Positions 1-13,542 of a stretch of DNA of 64,000 nt are shown in pieces. The DNA is from Vicugna vicugna. Its lineage: Eukaryota. Positions within the stretch are counted from its first letter, which is position 1, and every line of letters starts with the position of its first letter. Location: the NCBI GenBank assembly GCA_013265495.1, contig MU058384.1:1055690-1119689 (forward strand). Reading direction: 5' to 3'. The position numbers and the translations under genes were made by a program. Below the pieces are notes generated by a model, which ran no database searches, was not told the origin of the DNA, and saw nothing but the letters and a program-made list of their open reading frames with translations.

Positions 1-1819
1 AAGGCCAAAGGATTTGAGTCACTGAGGAAATTTAAAAAGGTGCAAAATGATGCAAGAAATCACATTAAGAGCTAGAACTCTGTGTGTCAGGTCCAATTTT
101 AGGTGGGCGAGAGAAAGCTTGACTGTAGAATCTTATAATTGTAAGCCGTATTATATATCTTATTCCTTCAGCAATTGAGATCTATTTCTTATTGGTCTTT
201 ATTCCATGCTTCAAGGTATTCTTGGCTCATTTCAATCCCCATTGTATTAGCTATAATTTGGGTACATTTTAAAAAGTTCATTTGACTCTCTAGAGCTTTT
301 TTCATCTTTTTTTTTTTTCTTTTAGCATTGCTCTGACCTCAGTCTTATAATTGTAAGCCATAAAGTATTTCACTCTAGGGTTAAAAGCCCTACATGACCC
401 TGAAATCCCATTTCTTAATGATATATAATATAAAACACCCAAACAGATTTGAGTAACTAACAGAGGATTTCTGAAATTCTGCAATAAGATGGAAACACAG
501 CACATAAAAATGAGCATGTTCACTTTCAAATACGGTAGCCTTAAGGAAGCCAATATGTAAAAGCCCACTACCTTTAAACATGTATTGAACCCTTGCCATG
601 TGTATATTTAGATACATAAAGACAGCCAGGAACTAGAGGGACTCACAGTGTATGGAGAGTAAAATTAGATAATTACAAGTGTTAAATGCATAGTTACAGG
701 CATTTAGGGCATCTGTACTTGGTAACAGGAATAGCATTTTGCCCAGCAAGACCTCACAACGCAAATGAAGAGCTGTAACAAGATGGATGAGGAGGGATGG
801 AATACATAGGAAAAGAGTAGCTTGATGTCCACATGTTAAATGACTTTCCTAAGGATTTTAAAACAAACTTATTTTAACATCTTCCCCTGACAGAGAATGT
901 TAAGATTCCAGTAGTACCTTGGGTCGGAAAGCTCTACATACATCTCAGTAGGGTTTATCTAGGCATGTGCTTCAGCTGACAAAAATACACAAATGTCTTA
1001 AATATGAAAAATAATTAATAACACTTAATTATGTTATGGTCAGGCTTCTCATACACTAGCTTTGCCATTAGTCACCTGCATCTCAACAGTAAAGCTCATT
1101 CGACACCTAGCTGCAACTTACTCAAGAACAGTGATGCAAAGAAAATGTTAGCAAACCTCATTTTTCAGCAAACAAATTTGATGCAATGTAAATTCATGTT
1201 TTGTTTGTACGGTTTAAACACCCCTCCTTCTCAGCAACTATCCAGATTCAAAGACTGTGGGAGTTAACTCCTGTAGGTTTTACTGCCTGTAGAAAAATTC
1301 AGCAGTAAGACAAAATAAGATTTTATACTCCAGAAAATGGTCCTCCAGCGTTAACTGGGACATTCTTCTTTGCTAAAGGTTGAAATGTAAACTTTTATTT
1401 TATTCAGTGGCTTCTTAAGACAGTGTCAGAAAGGAAGTCCCAAAATGTGACATCATTTACCTCGTGCCAAGACTTCACATCAGACACAGGGTTAATCACA
1501 GATGAAATGCAGATTCAATCCTTCTGCAGACCAGCCAGCTTCTTTATTAAATATGCAAATACACACAAAAAACTTTTAATGCCCTCCTTTCCTTTTGCTT
1601 AAATTACTTATCTATTTTCTCTTTTTTCTTATTTTATTTAAAGACTTGTATCTCTTTGGGACACTTTCTCAAATTACATCCACTTTAAAGAATCAAAACC
1701 TATATTCCACTTTCTTTCCTTCAACAGAAAACACCCTTCTTAGCCAAGAAATGAATGACTTCCTTTATTCTCTTTAGTAACCTTCTGTAGACCCTCTTCT
1801 GTAACCTCTCTCCCACTGA

Positions 1820-2490
1820 GGTCCTCACTATATCTTACTGGATTTTTTTGCAACTTCCCTCCAAACTGGCCTTCTTGCTACTGTGTCTTCTACTCAGGTC
1901 CACCCCCAACACTGCTACCTGTTATTTTCCTAAGACCAACATCTGATCATGTTACTTTCTGCTCAGAAACCTATTGTTGGCCCTTTATTACCTACAGAGC
2001 AAAATCAAAATCCCGTAACTCTACAAAGAATACCCTCAAGACATCGTTTTAGTCATTTTCCTTCCTTCCTGATACACAGACACCAAACACCAGCCAGTAT
2101 AATTCCTCACTATGCCTGTCATTGGATAAATTGGAGACAGGAAAGAGCATGGTATTCTCTGCTTGAAATACCTCTCATTTCTCTTTCATATGGTGAATCT
2201 ATGCCCACTTTTAGAATGAAGCTCAAATTTCACCTTTTGGGAGGGCTAGATCTAATAGGAAGAATAATTTTCACCTTCATCTCATTTCTGAAAGAACTTT
2301 GTTCATATAACTACTATAGCATCTATTTCCTGTAACTTTAATTTATATGTGTATGCTCCTATTTATTTTATTTATTGTGACCTTAAAGGAAAGGCTTACT
2401 CATTTTTGCATTTTCAGACCTTGCTTAGAACATCCAACACACAGCATTGCCCATAAGTATTTGTTAATTTATTGCAATGAATGAGTACGA
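1820..2490 (+). mobile_element. LINE-2 (L2) 3' fragment
   Basis: Resembles the L2 3' region (catctgatcatgttactttctgctcagaaacc...cagagcaaaatcaaaatcc) and ends in an L2-like tail (aagtatttgtt...aatgaatgag). Confidence 0.75.
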
Positions 2491-2811
2491 GAATTAATTA
2501 ATATTATTCTATGAATATAGTGCATTAATCTTTACAAAGTCTTTTAATGATCACAGAAAAGATTACGGTTAATGTAGGTGACATCTGAATATGTGTAAGG
2601 AACACATATAGACTCTATAAGGAATCCTACAGTAAAGGAAGAGTAGCTTTAGTCTCCACCCATGTTCCTCGAAGGCTCTCATGCTTGTAAGCAACCAGCC
2701 TCCATATTGTATTGTCAATTTTCAGAATGGCAAATACAAAAGTTTTTTTACTTTTTCCATCGGGACACGTGGATAGAAAGGATGACTTCAAAAACTGGAG
2801 ACATTTTTAAC

Positions 2812-2815
<4 letters not shown>

Positions 2816-2841
<26 letters not shown>
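2816..2841. repeat. (TA)n microsatellite
   Basis: Directly visible TA run. Confidence 0.95.
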
Positions 2842-2846
<5 letters not shown>

Positions 2847-4754
2847 GTATATATTATATATATAATAAAACATATCAACATGAATATATTCTAGAAAGTA
2901 TCTTAATTTTAAAACCCTGAGTGATTTACAAAAAGATAAAAGTTCTATCTATAGGTTTGACTTGATTTTAGTTCGGAGCTGATTATTTTTATATCATATG
3001 AGATTTTATATTAGATGTCTTGGCTCCCATAATTCCTTTTTTTACTGCTTCAATTAAGTTATAATTTTTGAAGTTAGTAAAATAATTAAAGTAGAAGAAA
3101 TATTCATAACTTTTAGTATAGGCAATTCAAAAACAATTATTTAAATTAGTGATTTCCCAGAAATTTACTAAGGAATAGCAATTCTTCTTAACAACAACAA
3201 CAACAAATGTTAATTTTTAAAATAGATATTTATTCGCATGCTTTTTAAAATATCCATGGAGAAGCAGAATACATAGGAAATATGGATGCCACATGAAAAG
3301 GAAGACTTAGAGAAAAATGGTACTTATTTATCAGGCGTATGGAGGAGGAAAGGGGATAAAAAGAAAATGTACTAAAATCTAAGATTTTAAAATCAAACTG
3401 AAATTTTTGCCCCAGGATCCCAGTAGGTCCCACTGGGGAGAGTGCTTGTGTGCTTTTCTATGCTTGGAACACAGAATCTGATAAAGATTGTTTGCTGAGT
3501 CTAACAAAACTTGGCTTCAATTTTATTTGCCGGAAGTTTAAATTTGCCATTTCTACTTTCATTACCTTTTATTTTTACTCCTATTCCACACTCCTGTTTC
3601 TTCTATCTGAACATCATGATGTTAAAGATAGCAAGGCTGAAGTTCTTTGTATCTCCTTAGAATTATTTAAAGGAAATATCCATTCAGTTACCCACACAAA
3701 CTTGTTTTTGTTGATGAGTTAATCTAACAGTAAGAATTACAAAGAGAGGAGACATTATTTGAAAACATAAATCTAAGAATTCAAAATTGTCTTTTCTTCG
3801 TAATACCTCAATTTAGTTTGTATCTCTTCATTAATATTGTACCACTCTCACGGTAGTGTTATCTCCCAAAGGGCTTGAGAAAGTGACTATGTGATCAATT
3901 TAATGATGACAAATTAGCATTATTCGGCACTCTCAATATGGAAGGCACTGTACAAGAGAGATGTGTTAATGACAAATGCCTCTATAATGAAGCAAATAAA
4001 GAGCCATATCCATGTTCACATATATTCTCCACCACTATTTTTTAGATTCCCCTGCACTTTCCATATCTTTCCAATCCCGAAGCTGACAAACCCTACAAGC
4101 TCTCATTATCTTTAAAAAAATTTTAAATAATATCCTGATTTCAACCTCTGTCCTTATAGAACATCTGAACTACACTAAACTTCATTAAAACAGCTGTTGA
4201 ACAGATAATTTCCCTACAAATATCACAAGGGGTTTTTCAAATTTGGCCTGTGGAATAAGGCAGACGTGGGCTTTAGGTAAGGAGTCAAGTCACATTTGGA
4301 AGACGCAAAGTATAAGAAGAAATCATGAAAACACTTAAACCAATTCAATAAAGGCTAGGGGAGTGTCAGAAAAGGGAGTCGTGAATATTGGTACCCCAGA
4401 GGAAATTCTATTAAAAGTCTATCTCCAATAATATTCGCCCATCTTCAACACTATCACCACTCCAAATGATAGTGTTTTCCATCCTCAAGGTGTTAAAATG
4501 GTACCAAGAGCAGCTTCTGAGTATCAAAAACTGATGGGCTTAATCACTTATAAGATCAAGTAAAATTCCCTTTGCCCAACAATCAAAGTCAACCACAATC
4601 TAGTCACAGTCTAACTTTTCAGTTTATATTTCTACAATGACATAGCACAAACTCTTCTCTCAGTCAGTTGTCTATGTGTGCAGAATAGACCTGATAGAAA
4701 ATCCTAGAACACATCCATATCCAGTACTCCTTTCCTTCTTGGTATCTTTGAGGA

Positions 4755-5122
4755 TTAAAATTCCCAGTATTCTTGCAAACAGGCAGGTCATTGCTATATG
4801 TTGTGGTGAATGGGCTGTAAGTGGAAGTGATGTATATCACTGCTAGGCCAAGCATTAAATGCCGTGGCAACACCTTCCAGTCCCTGGTTTCTTTTTTTTT
4901 TTTTTTCCTGCAGAGACTAAGACAGACACCTAGTCTATATAAATCTTCAAGATGGTGGAATCTTTGCCAGCCTGCATCCGTAAGCAACTTGGTGGAACAG
5001 CCTCCCCACTGACCCTTGTGGGGCATTCAGAATTAGGAAGAAATGCATTTGTCCTGTTTAGTCACTGAACTATGGAATTAATTTGTTTTCTCAGCAGAAC
5101 CTAGCCTATCCTGACCAATAAA
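4755..5122 (+). mobile_element. MaLR LTR (MLT1H/I/J-like)
   Basis: Typical MLT1 motifs: gtggaagtgatgtatatcact, aagatggtggaatc, and the 3' end cagcagaacctagcctatcctgaccaata. Confidence 0.8.
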
Positions 5123-6032
5123 ATAACTTTATTAATATCACCTCTGAATTTTTACAGGAAATGTGGCTGTAAATTATTTCCTCCTTTCCCTAGTAAAACA
5201 GGGTTATATTATTTGAGATGAGGAGAAATAAGATACTCTTAACTCAGATGAGAAAATTTAGCAAATCACATTAAAAGAATCCCAAGATTATCTTGAGAAG
5301 TATCTTCCAGTAAAGGTTAGTCATCAGTAGAGAAGCATGTAAGTTCTTTTTTCCTTTCTTTCTTTTTTTGTTACCATACTATATGGCTATAGAAAGGACA
5401 TCAATCTTAAGAATAACAATCTTCTAAGTAATCAATTTTGCACATTTTATAACACTCATTTCACTTACAGAAAATGAGATAGTTCTCAGAATAAAAATTC
5501 CTAAAAGAAAGAAGTTTCACAGAGACACATCAAAAAAATATCAAAGAGCCAGACAAATGAAGAAAGAAGAATCCTCTCTGTGTTTATAGGAATAAACCCT
5601 GCACATACTTTTTTGAGCTTTAGGACAGTTTAAAGTCAGTATGTTATTGTTACCAAGGACAGAAGGCTTGATTGCTTTCCTCTGGTGATTTTGGCGGTGT
5701 GTTGTTTGACATGAAAGAGGTTTTTTTCCCTCTTATTTGTATTTACCTTCTTAGGGATTCTCTTTGTATTTAGTTATTTGAAGTATCTGGGGGCAGAGAG
5801 AATTGAAAAGGATTACTGCTCACCATTTCTTTTTGCTGCCCTAATTCTTGGAGTTCTTCTCTAGTAGTAAACTGGCTTTGTGCTTTCAAATATGGAATCG
5901 TTCTCAGCTCACCTTTAATTTTTTTCCTTTGCTTTATTAGAAACACTATTTCCCAATTGTACTGTTGCCATAACATTCCATTCCATTCTTTGAGCTCTAA
6001 GAAAACCAGCTGGGCCATGCCCTAGATGAGAT

Positions 6033-6486
6033 TGTTAGGGTGGAAAAGTTTTCATTCTGTTCTTCCAGATTCTTTGGCTGGTCTAATAATTAAATTGACA
6101 TAAGACAAACTAACAAGAAAAAAATTTAATTTTGTGCATACAGGATCCTCACAAAAAACTGTCAGGCAACTGAGGCTTATCGCCATCCTGAGCAAAGGAA
6201 TTGGATAGGGACCTGGGGCCTCAAAGGGGAGGAGGGCCATTTACAGGGAGATAAGAAGAGCAAATGTGTGGCAATCAGATGTCTGTCCTGCCATGCAGGT
6301 CTTTCAGATAAAGAGTTATCCCTGGTCATAGCTCTATGTCTGAACCAAGCCCCTATATAAATTCTTTTAGGAAGTTAAGGAAGAGGTAAAAGGTTTTCTC
6401 CAGTCAGCAAGGTCTCAACTACCCTCAATTAAAAATAATCCACGTGTTGAAGTGCACATGTGGGATGGCATATTTGCTCCCCTTCA
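6033..6486 (-). mobile_element. Solo ERV1-class LTR (MER41-like)
   Basis: 454 bp with TG...CA termini (minus strand starts TGAAGGGG, ends CCCTAACA). 4-bp TSD agat/agac. ATTAAA near the 3' end on the minus strand. Confidence 0.8.
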
Positions 6487-9053
6487 AGACAAAGAAAGAC
6501 CTCTGCATGTCTCCACGTCTCCATGGCTTCCCATTTAAGGATACTGGAAATAGAGAAAATAGATTAGTAGCAACAACCTATAGCAGATGAGATGGGAAAG
6601 TTTTTTTCTTTTCTGAGGTAGCAGCTCCAGCTTTCTCCTCAATATACTAATCCTATTAATTTGCAAAAATCCATAGCATCCTTCTCGCTCATCCAGGGAC
6701 AAACTGGACTGAACTATTTTAAATGGTAGATTGTCCTCATGTATGAATATCATAACAAACTTGGATCATTTTCTAAATTTCATTTGGCTTTCACAGCCTT
6801 AGGTTAAAAATGAAAATTTAAAATATGGCCTTGACTTGACCTTTGCTTTCTTATTCCAGATGGTCATGGTGGAAGGTTTTAAATAAAAGATGATCATATT
6901 AACTGAGCCGTCTTCAAAGGTCAGCTTGTCCATTTGTCTGAATTGTTCTGTTATTTTAAGAGACAGTCATGTTTTCATTTAGGGGCCATCCACACGCATG
7001 GTTAAATAATATTCATTGTTTCAAAGTTGCAATTGCGTGGTTTTGTTTAAGATACAAAACATCAGTTAGAAAACCCCCATATGCATTTCCTGCATTCCTT
7101 GCTGTTATAGGAAGGAGCCTAGGCAATGAGGAAATAGTGGCTTCCTTGGGAAACAGAGGGAAGCGCTCAAAGGATGTGTGGGGAGGACAGAGAAAGAGAT
7201 TTTGCCTACTTCTCAATTTTTTTCTAGGACTAGTTCTCCCCACGTTAACTGTTTCTTTATATATCCTTACATATAAATAAGTCGAGAGTCACACAATAAA
7301 AACCTGCTGAAACAAAGTCCATTCTGAAAATTCACTCCATATTAAAGGAAGTCAGACTGTGAATGGTGCTGGAAGAAAAACAAGTTGACTTAAAAATACT
7401 TGTTTTGTGATTATTGACCAGAAATATTTATTCAGTGTCCCCAGGAACATGAAGCTGTGGTGAGTTAAATATTGTGAGGAGGAAGAGGTTGGGAACAACG
7501 TATTTAGCATGGCTTTCTAAAGAATTTCCTTGAAAAGAGGAACCTCACAGAATTCTGCTTTTTAACCAAAAGGAAAGAAGCAAAATTATACAACTACAAT
7601 AATACTCTTCTAATTTGAGAATATTAAAATTTTGGCTTGATATATTTACACTCCATTTGGAAAACACTCCCCAATACGGTTGCTCAATGTGTAGAAACAA
7701 GAGAGAGAGAGATACAGACATGATCCCTGCCCTCAAGGAACTTCAAGTAAGTAACACTAATAGCAGCTGCTACATCAACGATAAAGGGCTGCTGTTTTCA
7801 GGTGCATGAGCTCCTCGTCCACGAGTGAGGCTTGTATTACGGTGTTGTGAACCCAGTACGCGTCTTCTTTCAAAAGTGTAATAACCCAATCGTTCTAAAC
7901 CTATCTTACTGGATTTGAAAGAGCCTGACATTGCAAGATGGAAATAAAGAAAAACTGTTACTTTATACTGTTTCCAAGTGCTTTCTGTGACTGTAAAAGT
8001 GGCCAACCTGAGACCTTAGAAGTGATTTCCAAATGACTTCATATCGTATGCTTCTTGTGTTTACATAATGTTCTGGGTCATAGTAAGGGAAATAAAATTT
8101 GTCAGAAAAATTTATAAATCTCTATCTATCAACATTTAGTTTTAATGGTCTTTAAGTGAATTAAACTCGATCCTATTTTAAGGCAGATATAAATTTATGG
8201 TATGTGGAAATATCTGTGATTTAAAATGAAAGATATTTTAATATTAAAACTAAAAATAAAATAATTTCTTCCACGGGATTCTCAAATTTTATACAACACG
8301 TTATTACATGACTAGCCAACAGGGCTCAAGGAAAATAATTTGAGCTTTCTTCCTTATAATAATATGGTATAAATGTTTGGTTCAAATTTTATTTCAAGAT
8401 CACTGTATATTCATGTTACGTTATTTGTATTTTATCCTATAAACGTTTATAAAATCATTCAGTGTGAGTGAATCTATAGTAAACTGCCATTCTGAAGAAT
8501 AGCCCTGTTAATCAGTTCAGGAAAGGTCATGCTTTGTTTGCTTGTTCTATAAATCATGCACGTATTTCTTCTAAGTGGCTTAAAGATGTGCAAGGTCTCA
8601 ATTCCACCAAGCAAAGTAACTGCATATTTCTGAATGAAAATCTTCAACAGCTGTAATTGAAAAAGTGACATGGTTCACATTCTACATAAATATAACAAAT
8701 GCTACCTTCGAGGGCAAAAATCAGCCTGTGAAAATGAAACCAAAATGACTGGAAACAGAAGGCACACACTAAGTTAGTCATTGATTGATTTAGTTGGGAG
8801 GGTCCCAGTAAAAAACTGACATTGATTTATCTTTTAATCTAAGAGAATAACAACAAATCTTAAAGCAATCAGTTTTAATGGTCTTAATAGCTCCAATCAA
8901 ATTATTCACCTTCCACATTAATATAGGAGGTTGGCTTCATATTTATTCATCAGATTTGTCAAATAAATAACACTGTTTGCCAAACTAAACCCTAGTCCTT
9001 CACTTCTAATAGATTCTATTAGCATTCCATATTAATTGCCCTCCCCCTATAAT

Positions 9054-9187
9054 TAAGGTGACCATAGGTTCCAGTTTTCCAGGCATGACCATGGCTTTAT
9101 GCTTTTGCTCTGACATAATTTTTAAAAGAGTCTCTCCATTTTTTTTAAAATGCCCTGGTTTAAAAGATAAGGCATTTGGCTACCGTG
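9054..9187 (+). mobile_element. hAT-Blackjack MITE (MER94-like)
   Basis: Decayed TIRs (taaggtgaccata / tttggctaccgtg) and an 8-bp TSD cctataat/cttataac. Interior resembles MER94. Confidence 0.8.
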
Positions 9188-10914
9188 CTTATAACTCTGC
9201 TTTTATGATTGACTGTTTCTTTAGGGCCTATTAAAGCTGAAATTCTTCTTTAAGATCAGTATGAGCAAATATATGGAAAGACCAGGACTTAACAAATCTA
9301 TCTGATATTTCCTTGCCGACCCAAAGACAGATCTCTTCCTCAGTGATATCACATGTCTGAGTCCTCAAAAATAGAAGCCTAACAAGATAAAATCTTTGTT
9401 GACAGGTTGCCTGATAAGCTTTGCTTTTCAAGGACTCTGAAAACTAAATTTGTTTTGTCCTTCTGACAACAGGAGAAACTACGATGGTCTTTGTGAGTCA
9501 ATTTTAAAATGGAAAGCTGCTGGATTTTGTTTATTTGATCTGAACTTTTCTAATGTAAACTTTAAAAGTCTGAGGCAGTGATGGAATGAAAACTGTAGCA
9601 CTGTTTACTAATATTGATTACATTTTGCATTGGTTTTACGTTCTGTAACTACAGGAGTTCTGTTAGTGATGGAAATGGTGAGCACACAGGAATCTCCAGG
9701 ACACAGTCGGAGTCACACTGAGGATTTCACCATCAAAGTAATGGTCCTACATAGAGATGTGCTTCCTAGAGAACCACCTGGGGTTCTTGAGGTGATGACA
9801 GGTGAGTAAAATGGACAGATAGATGGGAAGGTGTGCTCAATGGATACAAGGCAAGGTTGACACTGGGAAAGGGAAATCAATGCCACAGCAATATAACTTC
9901 TCCAGAGTTTCTAACCTAATGGATTTCTCACTCAGCTAGACTGTAAATTTGATCCTGTGAAACATTTACTTTCTTTATTTAGATCAGGATTAAAACGGAA
10001 CACCTAAAAAGGCCACATAGGATAAAGAGACTGTGAGATGCCGCCAAAGGGATGAACATTTCCCAGTGGATATAAATAGATTGTTGTTTTGATCTGTTTA
10101 AAAGGTCATTAGTCAAATGTTCTGTTTCTTTTGCTCTCACTCTCATTTCCTTCCATCTCTCTCAAACACAGAGGCATACATTTTAAAAAGAAATTAAATC
10201 AACAAGCCAACCCATCCTAGCTCTGACAACAAAACACAAATTTAGAATTAAAGCTTTAGAGGTTTTAAAATTCGAGTTCCACGTGCATTTCCACTTGCTG
10301 ATAAAGTAAGTCTTTTTTATTTAAGTAAAATGCACTTAAAATAATTGCAAAATAAAAGAAGTAATGAATTCAAAAGCCCTCTTTCACCTTAAAAATTTGA
10401 GAAATCATCTTGGCAACTTTTGTCCACTTTCTAAAATCATAACCAAATAATGCCATTAATTTGAAGTGTTCTGCTGTTCTATTTAAATTTTATATAAAAG
10501 ATCTAACAAATTACTAATAGCTGATAATCATCAGGTTTTACCAGGTTTACAAAGCCAATTTTGAGGTGCTAATAGGCCTAGTGGGGAAATCAACCCTCAG
10601 TTAAATAAACAAATCATTAGGTTTGCAGTAGAATATTTAATTTGGAAACAGAGTTCAAAATGGATAGTCTCATTTATAGCTTAAAATATTGCTCAACTGA
10701 ATGCTATAAAAATGATCTGAACACTATATTAGGCAAGATGAGCAATGCCAAAAAAGGAAAAAATATAATCCTCAACCCTGAGATATTTATATTTAACTGG
10801 AAGAAGGCTCATGCATAAAGCACCAGCGAATCATTCCAAGCAAACCATGCAACACTAACATTTGATTATAAGCCCCTGGCGTGCATGACCTATGTCTTAA
10901 ATAAACAGCATTTA

Positions 10915-11200
10915 ATATTTAATGACTATTTATTAAATACAGATTATCAGGCACCATATTGGGCACTGGGATCATGCCAGCAATAAAGACACAGTCCTTA
11001 TTATTGATGAAACTCCCTAATCTTAAGCAGGAGGATAATTAATCAAAGGGCCTCTTCCCTACAGAGGTGACACCCACACTGAGGCCAGAGGTTTGAGGAA
11101 AGGAGATGCCAGATCATGAGAGGGTGTCCATGGCAGGGCAAAGGAAGTCTAGAATTTCCCAGAGATGAGACAGGGCATTATTAGTACTTCAGAGAAGCTG
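10915..11200 (-). mobile_element. L2 3' fragment
   Basis: tatttattaaatac...caggcaccatattgggcactggg...aaagacacagtcct resembles the antisense L2 tail. Confidence 0.65.
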
Positions 11201-11449
11201 ACACATCTTAAAAATAGAGTTGAAGAGATACAATCAGTGCCTTTGCTTCCACTGCAGCTCAGAGTACGACTTGTGATATAAAGTAGGTTCTCAATGGAAA
11301 TTAGTTTGAATTAAGCAAGCAAATATTTCCTCTACATATAGAGTAAATTTATCTAAATAGTTCCTCTGTCCAGGTTTTCACTATTAAAATCTGTGCTGCA
11401 ATGTGTAGTTGCTCCCTCCCTCCTTATGTACTTTGCAGTTCTAGGAATA

Positions 11450-12780
11450 CCACTGTTGGGTCATTGGCTAAATTGTTTCTTAAATTTTTGGATGTTTCCT
11501 AATTGTACTGCAAAGAGTGGAGTGATTTACATTTCCACTAGTAGTATATAAGAATTCTGAATTTATTGACATTTAATAAATAGTCTTCATGTATTAGCAT
11601 TTATGAGTCTTAAAAAGCAGGTGACATAAAATGATTAGTATGATACTATTTAGAGAAAAATAAGAACATAAATAACTTTATTTTATTTAGAAATACATAT
11701 ATCCATAGTAAAATATTAAAGCATAGGTAGAAAAAAAATCAATAGTCTGCTTCTTTGGTCTTTCAGTTTCTCCCTCTGTGTCTCTCTGTGTCTGTCTCTC
11801 TTTATATATATTATTTTGAAGAATAAAGAGAGGATATTTGAACTAGCAGACAGCAAAACCTGTGATAAAGATATTTAATTTCATAATGTTATTGTAAAGA
11901 TATACACACATATACAGAAATATATACATGTATGTATATACGTGTACTATAGCATAGAGAGACATGTATGCACACCATATGATAATATGCCATGTATGTA
12001 CATATACTATACATATACTATCCTCTATTATTCTTCAAAATTATCTTCACTGTTCTTTTTCATATAGATTTCAGGATTAAGTTATCACTATCCATCTAGA
12101 AAAAGAATTCTATTGGGAATTTTTTAACTAATTGAATTAAATATATACATTAATTTAAGGAGAAATGTTATCATCATGATAGTCATACTTCCCATCTGTA
12201 AGCATGGCTTATCTTTTCATTTAATAAGTATATTTCAATTAATTTTTATAGTTTTCTTCTTCCAGATGATTTTGCATTTTGGGGTAGAAATATTCTCAAA
12301 AGACATGTTATTTGAATAATGGGATGTTTTATTATTGTTGTTATTTAAAATCTTCTAACTATTATTGCTGGTATGAATGCTATCATTTTTGCATATCGAT
12401 TTAGCTAAAGTCTATTAGTTCTAACAGTTTATGTGGATGGCTTAGATTGTTATATAGACACTCATTTATCTGTGAATAATGGCAGTTTTACCCTATTCCT
12501 TCCTATCTTAAAATCAGGCCTGTCTTCCTGAAGCATCATTTATATTACATATGACATGCTCTTTACAGTTATTCATTGTGGCAGTACTGATTATAATTGT
12601 TTTTCATTCTTTTGTTTGTTCTTTCTGTTTTGTTTTGTTTTGCAGTGATAGATTAGACAATGTGATACTAGATGTTGTGTCTTGGTCTTGACATTCAACA
12701 GATTATGTCTAAGGTTTCATTACTATCCATAATAAATTGCTAGATTTTTAAAAATTAAAAGCCTTCATTTGGTTAAGGAA
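11450..12780 (-). mobile_element. Ancient L1 (L1ME-like) ORF2 fragments with an internal micro-inversion
   Basis: Degraded antisense ORF2 motifs such as gaattaaatatatacattaatttaaggagaaatg and cttcccatctgtaagcatggc. Confidence 0.65.
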
Positions 12781-13271
12781 AAAGGCAATCTTCCCCCCAA
12801 CACATCCTTCCACTTTATAGCCCTATCGAGGGTCCAGGCCTATCTGAGCATTTGCAGGCTCGAATTCCAAAATCTGCATGGACTGTAAAACTTTGTCTCC
12901 AGTTCCCCATGCTTTCAAAGTCATCTCAAGTTCACGCTGTACTTTCATCTGCCACTTAATTTATGTATTTGTGTATTTACTTGTTTATTTTGGCCTCCTT
13001 TGAGTGCCAATATATTGTTCCTAGCTCAGCAATGAATTAAAGTAGCGTCCAGAATCTATTTGAATGGTAAGCGTAGAACATTTTAAAGGAATCTAACTTG
13101 TGTTCCTCAAAATGGAAGGACTTCACTGTTTTGAGCTCCTTGAAGTGGGGGATTATGTTTTGTTTTGTTTGATTTTAATAATATTCTTTGTAAAGTTGGG
13201 CACAAGACAAAATCAAAATGAGCTGAAATACATAAATTTAAAAATCTTTATCATAAATACATAAATTCATT

Positions 13272-13542
13272 TTATACTTTAACAGCTTTATTGAAGTATA
13301 ATTGACCTATAAAACCTGCACTTCTTTAAAGTGTACAGCCCGATAAGTCTCGATGTAGGTACACATTTGTGAAACTGTAACCACAATCCAGATGATGAGC
13401 ACATTCATCACCCCATAAAGTTTCCTTGTTTCCTTTATAATTCCTGTCTCTCACTCCTCTCTCATCCCTAGGCAACCACTGATCTGTTTTCTGTCCTTAT
13501 ATGTTAATTTTGTATAAACTGAATCATCAAGTATGTAGTGTT
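13272..13542 (-). mobile_element. L1MB-like 3' end
   Basis: acagctttattgaagtataattgac...aaagtgtacagc...ctaggcaaccactgatctg is the characteristic antisense L1M 3' UTR. Confidence 0.85.

Noticed and set aside
1260..1271. 12-bp palindrome ggagttaactcc
   Set aside because: Too short to be distinguished from chance.
1553..1560. Octamer ATGCAAAT
   Set aside because: An isolated 8-mer is expected by chance, and there is no properly spaced Sox site or snRNA gene nearby.
4447..4476. Perfect 10-bp hairpin aacactatca/tgatagtgtt
   Set aside because: A few such stems are expected by chance in 64 kb of AT-rich DNA, and there is no supporting context.
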